Positions 45,926 to 56,812 of a stretch of 64,000 nt of DNA are shown piece by piece. A model generated the notes under the pieces. The model ran no database searches. It had not been told where the DNA came from and saw only the letters and a list, made by a program, of their open reading frames with translations. This stretch comes from a virus (Duplodnaviria > Caudoviricetes), in the IMG/VR virus record IMGVR_UViG_3300037067_015007, positions 1 through 64,000 of that record. One strand, given 5' to 3'. Both the position numbers and the translations under genes were made by a program. Each line of letters begins with the position of its first letter. Positions within the stretch are counted from its first letter, which is position 1.

Positions 45926-48900
45926 ATGGCAATAAAGTTCGTCAATCTTTTATCAAAATATCTTCCAGCACATTTCAAGATAGCCCCAAAAGATGTAGAA
46001 GTATATCTTGATGAACCCCTTGAACTTGTTCCTATTGAAAGAAACAAATATCTTGTAGGAACATTAAACCCCGATTCAACAGAAATCGAATACAATATGG
46101 GAGATAATACTTATCTTCTAAAAGATAAAGGGGTTGTAAAAATTGAAAACGAATATATCAAATACGACACAAATGACCTTGTAGAGCACAAACTTAAAAA
46201 TCTTGAACGTGGATTTTTTGGAACAGAAGCAACAGCCCATTGTAATGAAGTATTATGGGGTGCTCTATTAGCAGAAGAAATAGATGCTTATACCACAACT
46301 GTAAATTTTACTTCAATTTCTGATGTGTCTGCAATTCCAAAACAAGGAAAGTTTGCACTATTTTCAGACAATAATGACCTTGAAGTTATTTCATACAGCG
46401 GCTATAATCAATGGCTGAATGGATATCAATTTACAAATGTAACAAGAGGGGATGATGGTACTACTGCCAATAATCACGGCAAAGGAGCATATCTTCAAGA
46501 ATATTCCGATTTGTTAATCAGCGAAGTTGAAACCATAAAGTATGATAAAGGATTATGGTCTGCTACTCTTGCAACAGCCTTGACAGAAACATCAACCGAA
46601 GCCGTCATTGCTTCTAAGTTTGTTGCCGCCTTGGATTCAGCCATGTCAGCGGTTGATAAAATCGTTTATTTAAAAAATATAGTAGGTACAGTTCCGAAAA
46701 ATGGATATATTTTAATTGATAATGAAATCATCCGTTATGGAAAATTCACAGCAGACCCGTTTATAGCAGATAGTGGATATCTCGAACAATGTATCAGAGG
46801 AAGTCAAAGTACCACAGGCGTTATTCATTTAATATCTGCTGTAGTTTATTATACTTTCCCGCAGAACGGAGAGTTTCTTGTTGATAATGAATATATCAGA
46901 TACACGGCCTATGATAAAATCACAAGAACATTTTCAGGATTGCTCCGTGGACGATATGAAACAACTCCTGATACACATACTGTTGGTACTTCTTTAACCG
47001 AACGCCGCCATACGGAATTGGAACCTATGGGAGTATTTCGTATTGGAAATGAATATTTCAAATATTGGTATTTGGATAATGAATATTTTTATATTGACAA
47101 ACGCCCCGCTCTTAATGCCAAAACATATTATCACACTACAGGAGCAAATGTTACTTCAATTATCGAGGCACACTATGAAGGAGAAGTTATAACCACATAC
47201 CATTTTGATGATGAGAATTCATATTTGGTGGATTTTATTCATACAGTTGCAGAACATTTGGACTTGGCAATCAATACAAAAATTGACTCTTTTGAAAATT
47301 TCTCCGATGTGGATACTGTTGATGCAAATTATCTAAAATATATCGTCAAGGAGTTGGGTGAAAATTTAGAGGATTATCAAAACCTACCATTCTTTACAGG
47401 GGCCAATAGCGATTATCGCACTCGTTTATTTACAAAGGAATTGGTCAATATATACAAAGAAAAAGGATTGCTTGTGGCTCTGAAGTTATGGCACACAATC
47501 ATTTCAGAACCTTTGACTTCATATCAGGATTTGTGGACATTCAACTATTGCAGTTTTTATTCATTACCTTTCTTGGTTTTACTGCTTTACGAACCATTGA
47601 GAACATTTTATCCAAGCAATGAAAATTTCTTTCGTCCTCAAATTTCAAAAGCCTTGCAGGAAGAATTGGCTGAGTTTTATGAAGATGAAAAAATAAAGGA
47701 TGTGGCAACGACTCTTTCTTATGCTGTTCCTGATTTGAAACTTCTTGTTCATGAATGGAACTATTTTCGTAGAACAGATGATGATTTAAAAAGTTCGGGC
47801 GGCGGCAGTTTTGATGATAAATTAGTTCCTTGTGATTCTGCAAATGACCTCGGAATCAATTTTGACCAAACAAACGTGGAACTTCAGGTGCGGGATACTT
47901 CAACCACACTTCCACTTCCTTTTTATGTAGAAGATTACGATGTAGATTTATTCAAATTTGAAGAAGAACTAGATGCAACGAAAGATGAAATGCCGACATC
48001 TTCAACAGTATGTGAGCCTACAAAAACTGATGAAGGACTTATTTCAGATTATTCTTTTGAATGGATTAGGGATATTTATGGTGAAGATATTTTTGATTAT
48101 TGCACTCTATCTGACAGACTTGAACCTATCCGTACTGATTTGAATGTTCTTCGGGATTTGACTAGTGATATCAGTAATGCTTCTTTGGAACTAGACCATA
48201 ATATCGGAGCGGATGATACCGAAATAATTGTAAAGGTCATCGATGGTAAACTTTATGACCCTGCTGACCATATTATTACGAACACTAATCCCAACATTGT
48301 TCCAAAAGGATTTGTTAAATTCGGAAATGAAATCATTTCATATACAGGCGTTGAATTTTACGACCATCACGAAGGAACGTTTACGGATAAGAGATACAAA
48401 CTCACGGGATGCACAAGAGGAGTAAACAGCACAACCGCATCTGCTTATCAGGTTAATATTTATGAAGGAAACGAAAGATTATTAGCAGGAAATTATATTG
48501 AAGTGGTTTATGACCCGCACGTACTTTATTGTTCAGTAGATATTATTGATAATATTTTAACTCATGTCAATCATGGATTAGTAACAAATGATATTATTTT
48601 ATTTGACCCATCTGTTAGCGGCGGCGGGATTATTGGTACAAAAACAACAGATGCCATTCCGTCTTATTATTATGTTTATAAAATCAATGCAGATTCATTT
48701 AAGATTTCTTTGACACCAATCACAGGAACTTTAACCCCTGTTGATATTACATCCAATACCCCTGTTACCTGTCATAAAATTTATTTTAGACTGTTGTTGA
48801 CAAGAGACCCTAAAGGATATGGAATTTCAGTAGGTGATTATCTGCAATTGGTACAAACAGGATACAATTATCAGCATCTCATCACAGCAGTTATTAGTGA

Positions 48901-50413
48901 ATATAATTATTGCACATTAGAACATACTTATGGAATCGATTTTGTAACAGGCGTATTACCTATCCCAACGGTAAAAACATTGGGTGCGGCAGGACTACCT
49001 TCTCTAGCCCCAATCACAACCTTCGATTGTAGAATCGATGAAGATAATTTTACTATAAATTATATCGATTCTGATGGCAATACCATCGTACATGGATTAT
49101 CAGATGCGGACGTAATCTATTTCCTAGCAAGCGTGGGAAATATTGATGCATATACTAATTATTATGTGAAGGTTCCCGCTCCTGATTATTTTGAAATAAC
49201 AGCATCGATGACCCCGTGGGGAGTTGCTGTTACTTCCACAGCTTCTAACACTTTTAGCAGCGGGGCAACAGCACACGGATTAAATGATGGAGACTTGATA
49301 GTTTTTTCAGGAACAGGTGGAAATATTGACTCAGGTAAACACTATCTCGTAGGTAATGTTACGACTTACACTTTTAAAATCAGGGATATTCTAACAGGAG
49401 AATTGATTACACTAAATCCACTAGAAGCCAATACGATTTCATATTCATCTTTGGCTTTGACAAATATCAATAATCCATTAAACACATATATGATTTCAGG
49501 AACAAGAGTGATTTCAACAGAAGAAGGATATCAGCATCGGTATTCCTTGATTCAACATCTTTTGTGGAGATTGGATAATGAAGTGAATGGTAATGATTTA
49601 TCTTTGGTTTATGGGTTCACTACTTCAGAATTAAAAACCAAGAAATTGAATTCTTACACAGGAGTTCGTGATGGCATTATTTGGCCCACACCACATTTCA
49701 AATATGGATTTGAAATATCGACAGCAGATATTGGTAATTTCCCGCCTGATGAAGTTGTTGAATTAGTGTTAAGAAAACTTAAACAATATAAACCAAAACA
49801 CACAGTTGCCGATTTGACAGTTGATTATCCGTTGGGTGGAAACCAACTTGCAATGACCCCAATGATGGAAAATTTTGAAACAGAAAATCTTATGAGTGAT
49901 GCTTATAGGACTTTCAATGGCACCACCGATAATATAACGAATACTATAACGGCATACAATCACGACCTTCGTGAAGCCGAATCAATTTATATCGAAGGTG
50001 GGGATGGAGTTGGGTTAACTTTTGGAACCATTTATTATGTGAAATATGTAGATGCCAACTCATTTCAAGTTTCGACATCGACAAGTGGAACACCACCCGA
50101 TGTTATTTCTGGACCTGCCGTAACTTTAACGGGGGTAACAACGGTGGTAATCACCCAAGCTCCTGTAGCAGAATATCGCATTGAACTTGACCATGATGTA
50201 ACAGATAGTGTCATTGACAAGACTTACGATTTACCAATAATCACTTTAGATGAAGTGGTAGATTATGGAAGTACCGCAGATTTCTTTTATATATGGAAAG
50301 ACGGAACCTCTGAACAAACAACTTTCTATTATTCCCCTTTCGTGGCATATCCGTATGGGTTAAAAACTGATGTGTACAGGAATAGAAAGAGATTTTTGAG
50401 TTATGTTGACTAA
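45926..50413 (+). CDS. large baseplate wedge protein (gp7 / P2 gpI-like core with repeats)
   Basis: LKYIVKELG...R...KELV.IYK.KG core; six G.I.ID.E.I.Y...RG..GT repeats; HGL..GD modules. Confidence 0.7.
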   Translation: MAIKFVNLLSKYLPAHFKIAPKDVEVYLDEPLELVPIERNKYLVGTLNPDSTEIEYNMGDNTYLLKDKGVVKIENEYIKYDTNDLVEHKLKNLERGFFGTEATAHCNEVLWGALLAEEIDAYTTTVNFTSISDVSAIPKQGKFALFSDNNDLEVISYSGYNQWLNGYQFTNVTRGDDGTTANNHGKGAYLQEYSDLLISEVETIKYDKGLWSATLATALTETSTEAVIASKFVAALDSAMSAVDKIVYLKNIVGTVPKNGYILIDNEIIRYGKFTADPFIADSGYLEQCIRGSQSTTGVIHLISAVVYYTFPQNGEFLVDNEYIRYTAYDKITRTFSGLLRGRYETTPDTHTVGTSLTERRHTELEPMGVFRIGNEYFKYWYLDNEYFYIDKRPALNAKTYYHTTGANVTSIIEAHYEGEVITTYHFDDENSYLVDFIHTVAEHLDLAINTKIDSFENFSDVDTVDANYLKYIVKELGENLEDYQNLPFFTGANSDYRTRLFTKELVNIYKEKGLLVALKLWHTIISEPLTSYQDLWTFNYCSFYSLPFLVLLLYEPLRTFYPSNENFFRPQISKALQEELAEFYEDEKIKDVATTLSYAVPDLKLLVHEWNYFRRTDDDLKSSGGGSFDDKLVPCDSANDLGINFDQTNVELQVRDTSTTLPLPFYVEDYDVDLFKFEEELDATKDEMPTSSTVCEPTKTDEGLISDYSFEWIRDIYGEDIFDYCTLSDRLEPIRTDLNVLRDLTSDISNASLELDHNIGADDTEIIVKVIDGKLYDPADHIITNTNPNIVPKGFVKFGNEIISYTGVEFYDHHEGTFTDKRYKLTGCTRGVNSTTASAYQVNIYEGNERLLAGNYIEVVYDPHVLYCSVDIIDNILTHVNHGLVTNDIILFDPSVSGGGIIGTKTTDAIPSYYYVYKINADSFKISLTPITGTLTPVDITSNTPVTCHKIYFRLLLTRDPKGYGISVGDYLQLVQTGYNYQHLITAVISEYNYCTLEHTYGIDFVTGVLPIPTVKTLGAAGLPSLAPITTFDCRIDEDNFTINYIDSDGNTIVHGLSDADVIYFLASVGNIDAYTNYYVKVPAPDYFEITASMTPWGVAVTSTASNTFSSGATAHGLNDGDLIVFSGTGGNIDSGKHYLVGNVTTYTFKIRDILTGELITLNPLEANTISYSSLALTNINNPLNTYMISGTRVISTEEGYQHRYSLIQHLLWRLDNEVNGNDLSLVYGFTTSELKTKKLNSYTGVRDGIIWPTPHFKYGFEISTADIGNFPPDEVVELVLRKLKQYKPKHTVADLTVDYPLGGNQLAMTPMMENFETENLMSDAYRTFNGTTDNITNTITAYNHDLREAESIYIEGGDGVGLTFGTIYYVKYVDANSFQVSTSTSGTPPDVISGPAVTLTGVTTVVITQAPVAEYRIELDHDVTDSVIDKTYDLPIITLDEVVDYGSTADFFYIWKDGTSEQTTFYYSPFVAYPYGLKTDVYRNRKRFLSYVD

Positions 50414-50432
50414 ATAATATGGAGATATAAAT

Positions 50433-50930
50433 ATGGCAACGGTAAATAGCATACAAGTGGCTGTTACTACTGAAGGGTTAGAAAGTATAGCGGCAATGAT
50501 AGCGGAAGGAACAGTTTTTACAATTGCAACTTTTCGTCTATCAAATTTAGGAAATGAAAGTTATTTTGAAGCACAAAAAAGTTATACAGGCCTTGACCCT
50601 GATGCATTTTATATGCCATATACAGCGGATGATTATGACATAAATGACGATGACCCCGCTATTGACGCACAACTTTATGCGGCAGGATTAGCCGATTCTG
50701 ATGGTTATGTAACGGTCAATTCAATCAGTTTGGCTGACCATATTACAGTTGAGATAGATTGTTATATTCCACCTGCGGTCGGAACTGCTTTCACTTCTAA
50801 CGAAATCATGATTTATACGGGTTCAGGAACATTGGCAGACCCTTATAAATCTTTTATATGGGGAATTTTTCCTGAGATTACAAAACAGGAAAAATACGGA
50901 ATCAATTTCAAAGTATTATTACAATTCTAA
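50433..50930 (+). CDS. baseplate/tail fibre attachment protein
   Basis: V.VTTEGL, EI.IY, F..ITK pattern of tail-fibre N-terminal domains. Confidence 0.55.
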   Translation: MATVNSIQVAVTTEGLESIAAMIAEGTVFTIATFRLSNLGNESYFEAQKSYTGLDPDAFYMPYTADDYDINDDDPAIDAQLYAAGLADSDGYVTVNSISLADHITVEIDCYIPPAVGTAFTSNEIMIYTGSGTLADPYKSFIWGIFPEITKQEKYGINFKVLLQF

Positions 50931-50942
50931 TATGATAAAAAC

Positions 50943-51039
50943 AATAAATAATAGTGTAGGGACAAGGAGTAGCTACCCTTTCAAGATGCCTGTTCATCTT
51001 GGATTACCTACACTATTTTTGACCGAACAGGAGGGCAAA
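50943..51039 (+). ncRNA. endonuclease-associated pseudoknotted leader RNA, copy 6
   Basis: P1 UAGUGUAGG/CCUACACUA, P3 CAAGAUG/CAUCUUG, loop CCUGUU(C) pairs with GAACAGG at the SD. Confidence 0.8.
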
Positions 51040-51639
51040 ATGGAAGAAGTAAAAAATATTATTTACAAAGCAAAGAATGAAGAAAGAAAATGTTTTTATG
51101 TTGGAAAATCTGTTTATGGATTAACTGCAAGAAAACATCAGCATAAACATCGATGTTTTAAGACGAATTCAAATTATAAACTTTACAATTTTATCCGAAA
51201 ATACGGTTGGGATACTTTTACTTGGGAAATATTAGCAGTTTATTCCACACCTGAAGAACTACCACAAGCAGAGATAGATTGGTTAGTAGAACAAAAGAAA
51301 GAGTTTTCGGATTGGAAGTGTTTGAATTTGACAGATGGTGGAGATGGAAATTTAGGATGGAAACCTTCGGAAGAAATAAAAAGAAAAATTAGTGTTTCTA
51401 ATAAAGGAGAAAAAAATCATAATTTTGGGAAAACAATGACAAAAACACAAAAAGAAAAAATAGGTAAAAAATTAAAAGGCCGAATATTATCTAAAAAAAC
51501 AAGAGAAAAAATGTCAAATTCAAAAAAAGGTAAAAATAATCCTATGTTTGGAATCCATCGTTTTGGGGAAAATGCTCCTAATTTTGGTCGTTTGAGAACT
51601 GATGTATCCACTTTGGAGAGAATAAAAAATGCCTGTTAA
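51040..51639 (+). CDS. GIY-YIG homing endonuclease with NUMOD3 repeats
   Basis: IIYKA.N.....YVGKS, E..W, NLTDGGDG, NPMFG. Confidence 0.85.
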   Translation: MEEVKNIIYKAKNEERKCFYVGKSVYGLTARKHQHKHRCFKTNSNYKLYNFIRKYGWDTFTWEILAVYSTPEELPQAEIDWLVEQKKEFSDWKCLNLTDGGDGNLGWKPSEEIKRKISVSNKGEKNHNFGKTMTKTQKEKIGKKLKGRILSKKTREKMSNSKKGKNNPMFGIHRFGENAPNFGRLRTDVSTLERIKNAC

Positions 51640-53194
51640 TTTTGGTATTGATGGTACACAAGTAGTAAATTATCATTATAAAAATAGACTTATTTCAAGT
51701 ACGTCTAATAAACTTCTTTTTAATATATTTAATAAGGGTGTAATTCCTGAAAGTGGAACACCCACAATAGTTGATATAAATGGTGATGTTAGCATCCAAG
51801 GAATACAAATAAAAATTCCATCAGGATTCTCATTCTTCATTTCTCCAAACAATAGATATAAAACAGGAGTCATTCAAGACGATTTTAATTCTCTTTCTAC
51901 ATTAGAACAAGCCATTCTCGAAAGACAGATTTTAAAATGTGATATTGTGAAAGATTTTTTTGTAACTCCAAAAAATTTTACGGGAACAACTGATGTTATA
52001 AATAAAAGAATTGTAGCCGCTGACCACGGATTTAATGCAGGTGATATTATTTTTATCAAAGGTGGAGAATCCGCAGGTTTAACTTATGGAACCCGATATC
52101 GAGTATTGGCAGGAGTAACTGAATACGATTTTCAAATTTCGGAATTTCATGACGACCCCGCCGATGATGAAGTTTTTGAATTTACTACAAATGTCGAAAT
52201 AACTGTTATTCAAGCATTTGGTGGTTGGTTGGTTGCGGAATATAACTATTTGGAATTTGCGGATTTACCTGTAGAATTTAGTGTTCTTACAGAAGCCATC
52301 AAACCATCAGATAATAAAGTGGTTTTGGGAGAAATAGCAGGAGACCCAATTAACGGATATATTCAAACTATTTCCACTATTCAACAGGATATTACACAAC
52401 TAAGTTCAAATATTTTTTATGAAATGAATGTTGATAGGGTTGATGGATACCATGCAGGAAATGAATCAGGATATATTCCTATATCAAATAGCGGAGTGTG
52501 TTATGGTTTAAATGCCGAAATGATAAATGGATATTCAGGATATGAAGCCGCAGAAAAATGGACACAAAATTTAGGTTTAAATGCGGAATACATAGCCGAT
52601 GAATTTGGTCGATATTATCAACCAGGAAATACTTCTGTAAAAATTCCATTAAGTAATACATTGATGAATCGGGATTTGAATGCTGAATTTGTTGGTGGGT
52701 CAGGATATACAACATTAGAAAGTGCAAAACACACACATTCTCTTGACAATATCACAGACGGCCCAACATTTAAAAAACCACTCAATGTCAATATCAATCA
52801 ACACTTGACGCATGACTCATTCAAAAATAGAGCAATCACAAAAGATAAAATACATAATGAATGTTTCTTTGCTCGTAATGATGACCTTGGTGGAAAACCA
52901 ATGATAGTTACGGGACAGGAAACATTGACGGCAAACTATTCACATATTTCATTTGACCCTGAACATCAATTTGATGCTTCGTTCACAGAACCGCCTGATA
53001 TCATGTTACAGATTATTGACACAGCGGGAGATTTTGGAGCTTGGAGTCATATTAAAGTCAAAGCGGCTGATATCACACCATCTCATTTTACTGTTGAATA
53101 TACAGGATATTCGGGTCTTGATGCGGGTCAATATTCAGGAGTTAGTTTATCAAGTTTGACAATACAATATGTTGCATTTGGATATGGGGCATAG
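51629..53194 (+). CDS. tail fibre / baseplate protein, paralog 1
   Basis: GTQVVNYHY, LNAE.., HTHSLD.ITDG motifs shared with the next paralogs. Confidence 0.7.
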   Translation: MPVNFGIDGTQVVNYHYKNRLISSTSNKLLFNIFNKGVIPESGTPTIVDINGDVSIQGIQIKIPSGFSFFISPNNRYKTGVIQDDFNSLSTLEQAILERQILKCDIVKDFFVTPKNFTGTTDVINKRIVAADHGFNAGDIIFIKGGESAGLTYGTRYRVLAGVTEYDFQISEFHDDPADDEVFEFTTNVEITVIQAFGGWLVAEYNYLEFADLPVEFSVLTEAIKPSDNKVVLGEIAGDPINGYIQTISTIQQDITQLSSNIFYEMNVDRVDGYHAGNESGYIPISNSGVCYGLNAEMINGYSGYEAAEKWTQNLGLNAEYIADEFGRYYQPGNTSVKIPLSNTLMNRDLNAEFVGGSGYTTLESAKHTHSLDNITDGPTFKKPLNVNINQHLTHDSFKNRAITKDKIHNECFFARNDDLGGKPMIVTGQETLTANYSHISFDPEHQFDASFTEPPDIMLQIIDTAGDFGAWSHIKVKAADITPSHFTVEYTGYSGLDAGQYSGVSLSSLTIQYVAFGYGA

Positions 53195-53197
53195 AAA

Positions 53198-54517
53198 ATG
53201 AAAACACTAAATGATGGGACACAAGTTTTGAACATTCATTATCGCCAAGAATTAGCCCCTGACGTTCTCAATAAAATATTTTATAAAGTATTTACCGCAG
53301 GGGTAATTGAAGGAACCTTTGAGTTTGGTTTAGATTCCGTTACAATTTCTTCTGTAAGTTTTTTGATTGCTCCGCAAAATCAATCAGATTTATTAGTTCG
53401 TATCGATACAACAGAACCAATAACCATAAAAAATACTTCTCCGACAAATGTTTATTTGACAGCACGATATCGTTGGGAAAATGAAAACACAGGCGCAGAA
53501 TTTTTATTTGCTGATGATTCAACAATTGTGGAAACAGACGTGATTCTTGTTGGCTTGGTTCTTGATGAAGATGGAAAAATATCTTCGCTTGATTATGACG
53601 TACAGGAACGAGCAAAATTGAAACTTATTCAGACTAATACAGCATTCCCGCTGATTTCTAAATTGGATGGTTATGGTGTTGGGCATGATTATGGACAGAT
53701 TCCTGTTTCCGATGGAATATTAAACTCCTCTCTCAATGCTCAATATTTCAATGGAAAAGAAGTAACAAAGTTTGCAGTCTCAAAACAACTTCCACAAATT
53801 GTAACAGGTGGGGATATTGCTACTATTATTGAACCTACTCTTCCTGAATGGATGGATGGTGTAGCGGTCGGAAAAGGAGAAGGCGTTACTGCTGAGTTTG
53901 TAATGGATAAAAAAGTTCAACCACAAGACGGAACAACAAAACCAGGAACGCAAAACCAAATTCCTGTAGCCAATACCGTTTTACAAAAAGATTTGAATAT
54001 TGAATTTTTAGGTGGGCATCTTCATACAGAGTTTGCAAAAACAACACATTCACATTCTTTGGATGAAATTTTTGACAATGGCAACCCTTCAGCACCTAAT
54101 TATATTCGGATACTTGCCGTCAAAAACAATCTAGCCACGGGCGATTCAATCGAAGAAGATGATATCGAATATACCAATGTCGATATGATTGCTTATGACC
54201 CAACAATTTCTAACAGATTTCAACCCGTGTATGAAACAGGAGATTTTGATTTAGCAGGGGCGGTAGAAGGAACTGTTACATTTCAAAGACCAATGAAAAA
54301 CGCTCGTATCATTTTACAGAGGGCACCAAAATCAATAGAAACGGTTGTTGCGGGGGCAGAAAAAAGAACAGCACGAATTACCGAAATTACAAATGCGGGG
54401 TTCAAGGCAAAACAGATGGGTAGTATAATAAAATCAGGAGCCACTTATATAAGAACAGATGCTTCAGATGCGGCGGCTAATCAATATTATTGGTTTGCGA
54501 TTGGGGAGAAGGTATAA
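53198..54517 (+). CDS. tail fibre / baseplate protein, paralog 2
   Basis: GTQVLNIHY, LNAQYFNG, HSHSLDEI, YYWFAIG end. Confidence 0.7.
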   Translation: MKTLNDGTQVLNIHYRQELAPDVLNKIFYKVFTAGVIEGTFEFGLDSVTISSVSFLIAPQNQSDLLVRIDTTEPITIKNTSPTNVYLTARYRWENENTGAEFLFADDSTIVETDVILVGLVLDEDGKISSLDYDVQERAKLKLIQTNTAFPLISKLDGYGVGHDYGQIPVSDGILNSSLNAQYFNGKEVTKFAVSKQLPQIVTGGDIATIIEPTLPEWMDGVAVGKGEGVTAEFVMDKKVQPQDGTTKPGTQNQIPVANTVLQKDLNIEFLGGHLHTEFAKTTHSHSLDEIFDNGNPSAPNYIRILAVKNNLATGDSIEEDDIEYTNVDMIAYDPTISNRFQPVYETGDFDLAGAVEGTVTFQRPMKNARIILQRAPKSIETVVAGAEKRTARITEITNAGFKAKQMGSIIKSGATYIRTDASDAAANQYYWFAIGEKV

Positions 54518-54518
54518 A

Positions 54519-55136
54519 ATGTGGGGATTTATTTACGCTTATACCATAAAAAATAAAAAATATATTGGTCAGGCTATTAATTTAAAAGATAGAATGAAAA
54601 AACATTTTAAAGAAACAGCAAATCCTTATTTCCATAATTCTTTACGAAAATATTTTAAACCTGGCGATTTTCGTATTTTGGAAGCACATTATGATACTCC
54701 TGAAAAACTTAAAATTTTATTAGATAATAGAGAAATTTTTTGGATTGATAAATTAAATACTTATGACCCTAAACAAAAAACAGGTTGGAATTTGACGAAA
54801 GGTGGTAATGGACAGTTAGGATGGGTGCCTAATGAAAAAACAAGAAAAAAAATGTCAGATATTAAAATAGGTAAACCCACATGGAGTAAGGGCCAAAAAT
54901 TTACCACAAAACACAAAGAAAATATTTCAAAAAATCATGCAAATGTTGCTAATGAAAATAATCCACGGGCGAAATCAGTTATATTAATCTCTCCAAATAA
55001 TGAAAAATATCAATTAGAATGTTATGCTCCTTTTTGTAAAAAAAATAAATTAAGTCCAGCGTCTATTTGTTTTGTTCTTCAGGGAAAACAAAAACATCAT
55101 AAAGGATGGACAGGGAATTATATAAATGCAAGGTAA
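54519..55136 (+). CDS. GIY-YIG homing endonuclease
   Basis: GFIYAY...KKYIGQA, RE..WI, GWNLTKGG; no leader RNA upstream. Confidence 0.85.
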   Translation: MWGFIYAYTIKNKKYIGQAINLKDRMKKHFKETANPYFHNSLRKYFKPGDFRILEAHYDTPEKLKILLDNREIFWIDKLNTYDPKQKTGWNLTKGGNGQLGWVPNEKTRKKMSDIKIGKPTWSKGQKFTTKHKENISKNHANVANENNPRAKSVILISPNNEKYQLECYAPFCKKNKLSPASICFVLQGKQKHHKGWTGNYINAR

Positions 55137-56805
55137 AATAGGAACTGCGGGGCAAATTATTAATTTTAATTATGTCCACGAATTTATTGCACAAAATTTG
55201 AATAAGATTCTTTATTCAACTTTCACACCAGGCGTTTTAAAATTAGTTTTATCTGATTTTTCAGTAATCACAACAAAAGTTGAAATTCTTGAATTTTCAG
55301 GATTAATTAGACCATACAATAAAAACTTCATTGTAAAAGTAGATACAATGAACACTATAACGGTATTAACAGATTCTACAAAACCATATTTAGTAGCTCG
55401 TATGGATTGGATAACGCCGCCTGATGGATATGATTATGAAACGGCAACTTATGGAGTATCAGGATATTCTGGATATTTTGAAGATACTGCAATATCTTGT
55501 GAATCATTTGACCCTGTTGGAGATAAAATAATTTCAACAGACCATAAACTTGTGATAGGAGATGTGATTCGTTTTAGTGCAACGGTCGGCGGGGTTACAA
55601 AAGATGTAGATTATTATGTAGTCAATACCGATTCAAACTCATTTCAAATTTCTACGACAGCAGGTGGGACTGTTCTTGATATCATTAGCACTTTGTCAAT
55701 TACCAATACATATCGAAAAATGAATTCTCATATTGTGAGATTTGATATGGTTGCTGAAAATGACATCAATCCCGATTATGATGTCATTTTAGTGAAATTG
55801 GATTTCGGCCCTGGTGGAGCGAAAGTGGTACTTAATTATGCGGAACAAACCCAAGTTTATTTGAATGATTATTGCATAAATTATAATTTAGTTCAGCGGT
55901 CGGGAGTTCGAACTTTAGAAGGAACCAATACAGACTATATTGGCATTTTAGGATTTAGTGGGACATCAGGAATATATGATTCAACAGATGAAACAATCGA
56001 ACGTCATGTGGGCCACGCTTCAGGGCACATTCCTTGGAGTGAAGTATCGGGTTATACACCTGTAATGAATTATGGCCTCAATGCTCAATATGTAAATGGA
56101 ATAACAGTAAGTAATGCGGATAATAGTATCGGATTAAAAAATAATATTTTGTCAAAAAATATGGTCGCCGCTAGATTATTTTTAAATGGATTCGAATATG
56201 CAATAGGACAATCAGGAGTAACAACCTATTCGGGATTTTCAGGCTATACAGGAATTTCGGGATGGAGTGGCGTTTCGGGATATTCGGCTTATTCAGGATA
56301 TTTGCCCCTCAACAATGCCGTGTTGCAGACTTCATTGAATGCGGAATATTTCGGGGGATATAAAATTTCAGACTTTACTCCCGCAGGGCATACCCATAAT
56401 CTTGATGAAATTGCCGATGGAGTATCATATATAAGAATGAGAGGAGTAGATGTTGACGGTTTGGTAACAACCGATGGTCTGACTGATGGGGCATTGGAAT
56501 ATCGGCATCAAAGTATTTCCGTTCCATTTCGCTATGATGGAGCAACAGAAAAGAAAATGTTCGCATTGGCAGGAGAAATAATGAAGAATGGTTCGACAAC
56601 AGTAGCATTTAGAAAAACTTTCACTTCAGCTCCACGAGTGTTTATTCTAAATAATGAAAGTGATGAATGGAAAGCTGTAGATGAGGTATCAATAACTACG
56701 ACAGGATTTGTAATTCATCACCATGAAAATACTTCAGGTACTTCATTAGTAGCAGACACAACACTTTTTAGAACTCATTGGATTGCGATTGGAGAGTTGT
56801 CTTAA
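55126..56805 (+). CDS. tail fibre / baseplate protein, paralog 3
   Basis: GQIINFNY, LNAEYFGG, HTHNLDEI, SGYSG inserts, HWIAIG end. Confidence 0.7.
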   Translation: MQGKIGTAGQIINFNYVHEFIAQNLNKILYSTFTPGVLKLVLSDFSVITTKVEILEFSGLIRPYNKNFIVKVDTMNTITVLTDSTKPYLVARMDWITPPDGYDYETATYGVSGYSGYFEDTAISCESFDPVGDKIISTDHKLVIGDVIRFSATVGGVTKDVDYYVVNTDSNSFQISTTAGGTVLDIISTLSITNTYRKMNSHIVRFDMVAENDINPDYDVILVKLDFGPGGAKVVLNYAEQTQVYLNDYCINYNLVQRSGVRTLEGTNTDYIGILGFSGTSGIYDSTDETIERHVGHASGHIPWSEVSGYTPVMNYGLNAQYVNGITVSNADNSIGLKNNILSKNMVAARLFLNGFEYAIGQSGVTTYSGFSGYTGISGWSGVSGYSAYSGYLPLNNAVLQTSLNAEYFGGYKISDFTPAGHTHNLDEIADGVSYIRMRGVDVDGLVTTDGLTDGALEYRHQSISVPFRYDGATEKKMFALAGEIMKNGSTTVAFRKTFTSAPRVFILNNESDEWKAVDEVSITTTGFVIHHHENTSGTSLVADTTLFRTHWIAIGELS

Positions 56806-56812
56806 ATGAAAA

